From Pseudomonadota bacterium (GTDB lineage Bacteria > Bdellovibrionota_B > Oligoflexia > Oligoflexales > CAIYRB01): a DNA stretch of 36,775 nucleotides. Positions 17,023-23,464 of this stretch are shown piece after piece; the first letter of the stretch is position 1, and every line of letters starts with the position of its first letter. A program made the translations under genes and the position numbers. The notes below the pieces were generated by a model. The model saw only the letters and a program-made list of their open reading frames with translations, searched no databases and was not told the origin of the DNA. The stretch spans positions 1 through 36,775 of the forward strand of contig JAYWBY010000202.1 in the NCBI GenBank assembly GCA_043781115.1, written 5' to 3'.

Positions 17023-18285
17023 TCAGGCGTCGGCCAAGCCGTCAAGCTCGCTTGCCCAAAGGGATTCAAGGCTTTCCCTTTGGCGAACGACGCGGTAACC
17101 GGAGCCTGAAACCAGGATCTCCGGCGCGCGCGGGCGGCTGTTGTACTGCGAAGCCATCGACGACGAATAGGCGCCGCAGCTGCGGATGAGCACCAGGTCA
17201 CCGGCGGCGGGCAGCGGCAAACTGCGACCTTTGCCGAGGAAATCGCCGGTTTCGCAGACCGGCCCGACGAAATCGCAGAGCTCCTTAGGAGTATCTGGCT
17301 TCGGCGCCTTCACAGCCCGGATGTCGTGATAGGAGTCGTAGAGGCTCGGCCGAATGAGGTCGTTCATCGCCGCGTCGACGACGACGAAGTTGCGGGCCGG
17401 CGTCTTCTTCACTCCAACGACGCGCGTCAGGAGCACCCCGATGTTGCCGACCAAGACGCGGCCGGGCTCGATGATCAGCTTAAGGCCCGTCGGTTTCACG
17501 GCCTCAATCAGGGTCTTGGCGTAAGCCTCGATGGTCGGCGGTGTCTCGTCGTTGTAGCGAATGCCGAGGCCGCCGCCCATGTTCAGGTGGCGAAGCTGGT
17601 GGCCCGAAGCGATGATGCTCTTTGCCACTGAGGCCATGCGGGCCGCCGCCTCGGCCAGCGGCGCCAGCTCGGTGATCTGGCTGCCGATATGGCAGCAAAT
17701 CCCGGCCAATTCGAGGTTCGGATCGCGGCCGATGCGGTCGAGCAGCGACGGAAGCTCGGCTTCCGGTAAGCCGAACTTCGTCGTGTAGAGGCCGGTGGCG
17801 ATCTTTTCGTTGGTCTTGGCGTCGATGTTTGGGTTGAGGCGGAGGCTCACCGGAGCGCGTTTGCCCATTTCCTTGGCGATCTGTGCGATGAGGTCGAGCT
17901 CGTAGGCGGACTCGACGTTGAACATCAAAATGCCGGCCGACAGGGCCCGGCGGATCTCGTCGGGGCGCTTGCCGACGCCAGAGAATACAATGCGATTGGC
18001 GGGGGCTCCGCCAAGCAGCGCTCGTTCCAGCTCGCCCAGGGAAACGAGATCGGCGCCGAGACCTTCCTGGAAGATCCGGCGCAAAACGGCGAGGTTGCTC
18101 AATGACTTGACCGCGAAGCAGGCGAGCGTCGGATAGGCGGCGAACGCCTTCAGAAGCTCGCGGCAATGGCGCGTCAAAGTGGCTTCCGAGTACACGTAAG
18201 CAGGGGTGCCAACGGCGTCGGCAAGGGCCGGCAGTGGCACGTCCTCGCAGTGGTAAACACCGTTTTTTAGCTCGAAATGGTCCAC
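17023..18285 (-). CDS. lysA: Diaminopimelate decarboxylase
   Basis: 420 aa. PLP-dependent Orn/DAP/Arg decarboxylase pattern (GTPAYVYS, FAVKS with the PLP lysine, GGGLGI, EPGR, CETGD). GTG start. Confidence 0.95.
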   Translation of the reverse strand: MDHFELKNGVYHCEDVPLPALADAVGTPAYVYSEATLTRHCRELLKAFAAYPTLACFAVKSLSNLAVLRRIFQEGLGADLVSLGELERALLGGAPANRIVFSGVGKRPDEIRRALSAGILMFNVESAYELDLIAQIAKEMGKRAPVSLRLNPNIDAKTNEKIATGLYTTKFGLPEAELPSLLDRIGRDPNLELAGICCHIGSQITELAPLAEAAARMASVAKSIIASGHQLRHLNMGGGLGIRYNDETPPTIEAYAKTLIEAVKPTGLKLIIEPGRVLVGNIGVLLTRVVGVKKTPARNFVVVDAAMNDLIRPSLYDSYHDIRAVKAPKPDTPKELCDFVGPVCETGDFLGKGRSLPLPAAGDLVLIRSCGAYSSSMASQYNSRPRAPEILVSGSGYRVVRQRESLESLWASELDGLADA

Positions 18286-18294
18286 GAACGAGCT

Positions 18295-18693
18295 TTACTT
18301 GTCCTTGTCGACCGAAGCCAGCGAAATGTCGTGGGTCGGCGCGGCGAGCGGCTGCGTTCCGTCCGGCGCGTGAGGGGCTGGGGCGGGCGTCGCTTCAGGC
18401 TTCACCACGCCGCTCACGACAGTGCCGGATTCGATGGCTTGGACCGTCGTGACCGGCTTCGGAGCGCTGGCGGCGAGCATCGTGCGGAGATGCTCGGCCT
18501 CTTCCTTGCGGATCTCGTCTTCGGCTTCGCGGACGACCTGGTCAAACGTGCCGCGCACGTCGTTGGCCGTGCGGCGGACGTGGACAAAGAACTTGCCGGC
18601 TTGCTTCATCACTTCCGGCAAACGTTTAGGGCCGACGAAAATGAGAGCGACGATGGCGATGACCACCAGCTCAGAGAATCCGATGCCGAACAT
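18295..18693 (-). CDS. tatB: Twin-arginine translocase subunit, TatA/TatB family (TatB-like)
   Basis: The track ORF (to 18921) has an implausible N-terminal extension. The in-frame ATG at 18693 (GAGG 6 nt upstream) gives MFGIGFSELVVIAIVALIFVGPKRLPEV, which closely matches the TatB N-terminus. It is followed by an amphipathic helix and a Pro/Ala-rich tail. Confidence 0.8.
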   Translation of the reverse strand: MFGIGFSELVVIAIVALIFVGPKRLPEVMKQAGKFFVHVRRTANDVRGTFDQVVREAEDEIRKEEAEHLRTMLAASAPKPVTTVQAIESGTVVSGVVKPEATPAPAPHAPDGTQPLAAPTHDISLASVDKDK

Positions 18694-18802
18694 TCGGGAC
18701 CTCACGCGGTTTCTGACTGCCCGCCAGTCTAACCTGATTCTGGAGGGCCCGTCATCCTCAGGCTGCGCGACCCAGCTTGGTCGGGGTACGATGGAGCTCC
18801 AG

Positions 18803-20929
18803 ATGAGCCTAAAGGAATACAACCGCAAACGGCGCCCAGGTGAGACGCCGGAACCCGTCGGCGAGCGCAAGGTCGGCTCCGGCGAGCTGCGTTTCGTCAT
18901 CCAGCTCCACGAGGCGACCAAGCTCCACTATGACTTCCGCCTCGAACACGACGGGGCCTTCCAAAGTTGGGCGATCCCAAAGGGGCCTTCCCTAAACCCG
19001 AACGATCAGCGCCTCGCCGTTCACGTCGAAGACCATCCGATGGACTACGGCGACTTCGAGGGCGTCATCCCGAAAGGCAACTACGGCGCCGGCACCGTCA
19101 TGATCTGGGACCGCGGCACGTTCATCGAAAGGTCGGCGACGGGGCGCGAAGACAGCGAACAGAACTTCGCCAAAGGTATGGCGAAAGGTCACATCACCTT
19201 TCTTATCAGCGGCAGCAAGATCGGCGGCGAGTTCGCGCTCGTCCGCCTCGACAAAGACAACACAGGCAAAGCCTGGCTGCTCCTGAAGAAGCGCGACGAA
19301 TTCGCGACCTACAAAGTCGACGAGCCCCAAGAGGCCCGCTCCGCCGCAACCGGCCGCACGATGGCCGAGATCGCCGCGGAGGCCACTGGTAAGGGCGAAG
19401 TCTGGCTACCGGGCTCGGGCTTGGTGGAAGACGGCGTGCTGAAGCGCGGCTTGGCGAATGATCCGCCGTTGGCGAAACCCAAACGGATGAAGAAAGGCCT
19501 GACCGCGAAACCGCCGAGCGAAGAAGGCGCCTCGACCTCTTGGGACACCGCGCCAACCGAAGCTTTGCCGAGAAAGTTGAAGCCGATGCTTTTCACCGAA
19601 CTCGCGGGTGAATGCGAAGGCGAAGGTTGGCTCTATGAACCAAGGCCGGGTGGCGTCCGGGCCTTGGCCGAAATCGAAGGCGGCAGCGTTCGCCTCCATT
19701 CGAAGCAGTTTTTGCCCTTCGACCAGAGATACCCCGAAATCACGCGCGCCTTGCAACTCCCTGGGCGGAAGCTCGTCGTCGACGGCGAAATCGTCACCAA
19801 AGGTGAGTCACCGCGCAGCGCGTATTGGATCTACGACCTCCTGCATCTCGACGGCAAGAGCACCCGCGGTTTGCCGCTTTCGGAGCGGAAGCGCTTGCTC
19901 GCCGCGCTGCCATTTTTCGGCGACGTCTTGCGGCTCGTGCCGGACGCGCGGGACGAGCCGGCACCAGGGACGCAGGCTCGCCACTCGGCTAGCATTTATA
20001 AACCCGGGACGAGCTCCTTTTGGGTCAAGCCGCGCGACGGGGCGGCCCTCGACCGGCCGACGCTCACCAATTTGGGTCGCGTCTTCTGGCCGAAGGAAGG
20101 CTACACGAAAGGCGACGTCATTGAGTATTACCGCGCCGTCGCCCCGTTCATTCTCCCCTATCTCGCAGGCCGACCGGAGTCGATGCACCGGCACCCCCAC
20201 GGCATCGACGGCGAGAGTTTTTTCCAAAAAGACGTCTCGGGATATCTGCCGCCGTTCGTTTCGACGACGCGGGTCGAATCGAGCGAACGCACGATCGATT
20301 ATTTGATCTGCGACAACGAAGCGACGCTCCTCTACATGGCGAACCTCGGCTGCATCGAGCTCAATCCGTGGCTCTCGCGCGTGCCGCAATTGGACCGCCC
20401 GACCTTCGTCGTCGTCGATCTCGATCCCGCGGAACAGTCGTTCGCGGAAGTGGTAAAAGTCGCGAAGGTAGTGCAGGACGTCTTGCAAATGATCGGCGTC
20501 AAAGGCTTTCTCAAAACTTCCGGCTCGAGCGGCCTCCACATTTACCTGCCGGTCGACGGCAGTGTGAGTTACGACGAGGGCCGCGGGCTAACGGAGGCGA
20601 TTTGCCGGATCGTCGAAGCGCGCCTCCCCAATTTAACGACGATGGAACGGGCGCCGGCGCGGCGTGGCGGCAGACTCTATCTCGACTGCCTGCAAAACCG
20701 CCGCAGTCAGACGCTCGCGGCGCCTTATTGCGTGCGGCCACGGCCCGGCGCGACCGTCTCGGCGCCGCTCCATTGGTCGGAGTTGACCGAGACATTGACG
20801 CCCGCCGCATTTACGATCAAGACGATGCCCGGCCGCCTGAATGCGCTGGGCGACGTGTGGCAAGGAATCGACACGCAGCCGGTCGACGTCGCCGCCGCTC
20901 TCAGCCGGCTTTCTTCCCTAAAGGGTTGA
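18803..20929 (+). CDS. ligD: LigD-like multidomain DNA-repair protein: 3'-phosphoesterase, degenerate ligase remnant, primase-polymerase
   Basis: The track ORF begins at 18422. The in-frame ATG at 18803 (GGAG 6 nt upstream) gives the canonical MSLKEYNRKR..TPEP start; ATG 18791 is also possible. PE motifs: FVIQLHEATKLHYDFRLE, HVEDHP. Pol motifs: VVVDLDP, KTSGSSGLHIY. The central ligase-like segment is degenerate (see findings). Confidence 0.9.
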   Translation: MSLKEYNRKRRPGETPEPVGERKVGSGELRFVIQLHEATKLHYDFRLEHDGAFQSWAIPKGPSLNPNDQRLAVHVEDHPMDYGDFEGVIPKGNYGAGTVMIWDRGTFIERSATGREDSEQNFAKGMAKGHITFLISGSKIGGEFALVRLDKDNTGKAWLLLKKRDEFATYKVDEPQEARSAATGRTMAEIAAEATGKGEVWLPGSGLVEDGVLKRGLANDPPLAKPKRMKKGLTAKPPSEEGASTSWDTAPTEALPRKLKPMLFTELAGECEGEGWLYEPRPGGVRALAEIEGGSVRLHSKQFLPFDQRYPEITRALQLPGRKLVVDGEIVTKGESPRSAYWIYDLLHLDGKSTRGLPLSERKRLLAALPFFGDVLRLVPDARDEPAPGTQARHSASIYKPGTSSFWVKPRDGAALDRPTLTNLGRVFWPKEGYTKGDVIEYYRAVAPFILPYLAGRPESMHRHPHGIDGESFFQKDVSGYLPPFVSTTRVESSERTIDYLICDNEATLLYMANLGCIELNPWLSRVPQLDRPTFVVVDLDPAEQSFAEVVKVAKVVQDVLQMIGVKGFLKTSGSSGLHIYLPVDGSVSYDEGRGLTEAICRIVEARLPNLTTMERAPARRGGRLYLDCLQNRRSQTLAAPYCVRPRPGATVSAPLHWSELTETLTPAAFTIKTMPGRLNALGDVWQGIDTQPVDVAAALSRLSSLKG

Positions 20930-21251
20930 GCCGCGTGTGGAGTTCGGCGAGCTTGTCGTGATGATCGAGCGCTTCCAGTCCAAGGAGAAAACCCGAGCTT
21001 TCGGGAACCGCGCGGCTCCAGCGGACTTGGCAATTGATCTCGACCGTCCAGGGAAAGCTGGCGACGAGCTTCAGCTGCTCGCCTTGCTGATATTTTTTTG
21101 TCGCCCAAAGGCAAAGCCCTTCGGCGGAGACGTTCCAAACCAGCGCGATCTCGTCGGTACCGCCAGTGCGGTCGACGAGCCGGCCCTTGAACTCCTGCGG
21201 AGTCACGGGTAAGCGCTCGCTCGACCTCTTTGATTTCTTCTGGTTCGCCAT
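20901..21251 (-). CDS. PilZ-domain protein (predicted c-di-GMP receptor)
   Basis: 116 aa. RxxxR-type motif (KRSSER) followed about 30 residues later by N-x-S-x-x-G (NVSAEG). GGAGG lies 5 nt upstream of the ATG. The 3' end overlaps the ligD 3' end by 29 nt (convergent). Confidence 0.8.
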   Translation of the reverse strand: MANQKKSKRSSERLPVTPQEFKGRLVDRTGGTDEIALVWNVSAEGLCLWATKKYQQGEQLKLVASFPWTVEINCQVRWSRAVPESSGFLLGLEALDHHDKLAELHTRLNPLGKKAG

Positions 21252-21389
21252 GGAAACCTCCTAGGCTCTTTATCGACGAGACTAGGGGCGACCTTAGGGC
21301 GGCACGATTTCGGTAGAGATAATCTTTAAATATCAATCTGTTATTGGCAGAACCCTAATCCCTCGCCCGAAAGCGCCGATGTTTCTGGC

Positions 21390-21986
21390 ATGAGCAAAAC
21401 CGACAAAAAAATCGACCCGTTCAAAACGAAGAAGACCAAGGCGCCGGCTTCGAAGACGAACGACACGGTGACGCCGCCGGCGCCCGTCGCCGAAGCGATC
21501 GATAAATTCCGCGAATACCAGGAACAAGCGCGCCACTTCGAAGGCGAAGCGACGATCCACAAGGACAAGGTCCAGGACTTCTGCCAAGCGGAATACACGC
21601 GCCGGCTCGCCAACGGCGTCCAGGGCTCCTTCAAAATTCTAGGCGACGAAACGATGGTGACCTACGTCGTCACCGAGTCGAGCGCCGGTCTCAGCGACGA
21701 AGACCGCGACCGGATCGCCGAACGTTGGGGCGTCGATGCCGCCAACGAATTGATCGTCCGCGACTACCAAAGCATCCGCTTCGACGGCGAAGTCCTGGCG
21801 GCGAACTACGACGAGATCGTCGGCGCCCTGCAGTCGCTGAAACCCGAGGTTTTGGAGCGTCTCTTCAAGCCGATGCTGATGAAGGCCGCCCCGGGCGCCG
21901 TCCAAGCGGCGAAGAAATACGCCAAGGCTCCTGGTGAGATGCAAGAAATCATTAAGGACCTGAAGATAAAAAACTATATAAAGTAG
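21390..21986 (+). CDS. Hypothetical protein with a Lys-rich N-terminal tail and an acidic helical core
   Basis: 198-aa ORF filling the gap between pilZ and xthA, on the same strand as and 23 nt upstream of xthA. Codon usage looks similar to its neighbours. I recognise no confident family, and there is no clear SD. Confidence 0.65.
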   Translation: MSKTDKKIDPFKTKKTKAPASKTNDTVTPPAPVAEAIDKFREYQEQARHFEGEATIHKDKVQDFCQAEYTRRLANGVQGSFKILGDETMVTYVVTESSAGLSDEDRDRIAERWGVDAANELIVRDYQSIRFDGEVLAANYDEIVGALQSLKPEVLERLFKPMLMKAAPGAVQAAKKYAKAPGEMQEIIKDLKIKNYIK

Positions 21987-22009
21987 CATCGCCTCTCGGA
22001 GGGTAGTCG

Positions 22010-22780
22010 ATGCTGCGTGTAGTTACTTGGAACGTCAATTCGATCGGGACACGGCTCGAGCGCCTCCTTGCGTTCTTGAAACGGCACGACCCCGACGTCG
22101 TCTGCTTGCAAGAGCTGAAGTGCATGGACGAGAAGTTCCCCTTCGATGCAATAAAGGCGGCGGGTTATCACGCCGCGGCCTTCGGCCAGAAGTCCTACAA
22201 CGGCGTGGCGCTTCTCTCGAAAAAGCCTTCGGAAACCCTACTCCGAAGCTTCGACGACGGCGTCGACGACGGCCAAGCGCGCGCCATCGTCGGCACCTTC
22301 GACGGCGTCAACGTCATGTCGGCTTACATCCCGAACGGCCAGGAAGTCGGGGCCGACAAGTATTTCTATAAGCTCAACTGGCTGGCACGGCTGCGACGTT
22401 TTCTCGACAAGCAGTACGATCCGTCGACTCCGCTGCTCGTAACGGGCGATTTCAACGTCGCACCGGGCGACTTGGACGTGCACGATCCCGCGAGTTGGAG
22501 GGAGAAGATTCTTTGCTCGACGCGCGAGCGCAACGCGCTGGCGGAAGTGCAAGACTTCGGCCTGGTCGATTCGTTCCGCCATCTCCATCCGACGGAGACA
22601 CAGTTCACTTGGTGGGATTACCGGATGCTCGGGTTCCAAAAGAACATCGGCCTCCGCATCGACTTGGTCCTCGCTTCGGCCCCGATGATCAAGCGTTTGA
22701 CCGCCTGCACCGTCGACCGTGACGAACGCAAAGGCGAAAAACCCTCGGATCATGCGCCAGTTATCGCTGACTTTAAATGA
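22010..22780 (+). CDS. xthA: Exodeoxyribonuclease III (AP endonuclease, EEP family)
   Basis: 256 aa. TWNVNS, DVVCLQELK, YNGVALLS, GDFNVAP, WWDYR, RIDLVL and SDHAPV motifs are collinear with Xth/ExoA. Confidence 0.95.
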   Translation: MLRVVTWNVNSIGTRLERLLAFLKRHDPDVVCLQELKCMDEKFPFDAIKAAGYHAAAFGQKSYNGVALLSKKPSETLLRSFDDGVDDGQARAIVGTFDGVNVMSAYIPNGQEVGADKYFYKLNWLARLRRFLDKQYDPSTPLLVTGDFNVAPGDLDVHDPASWREKILCSTRERNALAEVQDFGLVDSFRHLHPTETQFTWWDYRMLGFQKNIGLRIDLVLASAPMIKRLTACTVDRDERKGEKPSDHAPVIADFK

Positions 22781-22794
22781 GGCAGCGCGTTTTG

Positions 22795-22823
22795 TTGCCG
22801 AGGCCCCAACCCTTGGTTATAGT
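22795..22823 (+). promoter_or_regulatory. Candidate sigma-70-type promoter upstream of the mini-ligase gene
   Basis: TTGCCG-N17-TATAGT in the xthA/ligase intergenic region. Confidence 0.3.
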
Positions 22824-22861
22824 CCGGCCATCACTCAAGATGTGCTGGAAGGATACCGCGG

Positions 22862-23464
22862 TTGGCGTTGCCTGGGATTTTTGATTCGACGATTTTCACG
22901 AGACGACCGACCTTGTCTTTGTCCGCGTACATTAAAGCCATGCATCCGAAGACGGAGATCCGTCCCGATCGCGGCGCGATGAAGCGCGTGCTGGACGCCG
23001 GCTGGTGCGGGCAGCTGAAAATCCACGGGCACCGCGCGCAATTTCACATCTCGGCCGAACCGTCTCAAGCCGTACTTGCCTACAATCGCCAAGGCGAGTT
23101 TCATCAAAAGGCCGTGTCGGCGGCGCTCTCCGCCGAACTCCGCCGCCTCTTCGCTCCTGTCGTTGGTTGGACGGTCGTCGACGGCGAATGGCGCAAGTCC
23201 GAAGACCACGTCTACATCTTCGATTTGTTGAAGAAAGACGGGCAATTGCTGAAAGACCGGACCTACCTCGAACGGTGGGAAATGCTGCCGCGCGTCTACA
23301 CGTCGGCGAGCGTCGAGACGCTGCCTCTCTACCGAACCGTAGAGCGCTGTCTCGAAGCGCTGGAAAAGCCCGACGACTTCATCGAAGGCTTGGTCTTCAA
23401 GTCGCTTTCGACGCCCGGCTTCAACGACACGTCGATCGTCCGGTGCAGGAAGCGCCCAGGCTGA
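22862..23464 (+). CDS. Minimal ATP-dependent ligase-like nucleotidyltransferase (NTase domain only, no OB fold)
   Basis: TTG 22862 (GGAAGGA 8 nt upstream) or ATG 22940 (MHPKTEIR...). Covalent-nucleotidyltransferase motifs appear in the canonical order and spacing: I LKIHGHR, III VVDGEW, IIIa VYIFDLLKKDGQLL...YLERWEML, IV EGLVFKS, V IVRCRKR. The protein ends 2 residues after motif V. Confidence 0.75.
   Translation: MALPGIFDSTIFTRRPTLSLSAYIKAMHPKTEIRPDRGAMKRVLDAGWCGQLKIHGHRAQFHISAEPSQAVLAYNRQGEFHQKAVSAALSAELRRLFAPVVGWTVVDGEWRKSEDHVYIFDLLKKDGQLLKDRTYLERWEMLPRVYTSASVETLPLYRTVERCLEALEKPDDFIEGLVFKSLSTPGFNDTSIVRCRKRPG

Noticed and set aside
18422-18802. N-terminal extension of about 127 codons on the ligD track ORF. 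Similar cases: the extension of 13233..13733 on the second porin ORF and of 18694..18921 on the tatB ORF.
   Set aside because: The extensions overlap neighbouring genes or divergent promoter regions and have no protein-like features. Internal starts with good SD sequences reproduce the canonical family N-termini.
21336-21352. TTGGCAG-N..-TAAT upstream of the 198-aa ORF, considered as a sigma-54 (-24/-12) promoter.
   Set aside because: The -12 element lacks the conserved TGC, and only the GG of the -24 element fits. This is not distinguishable from chance.
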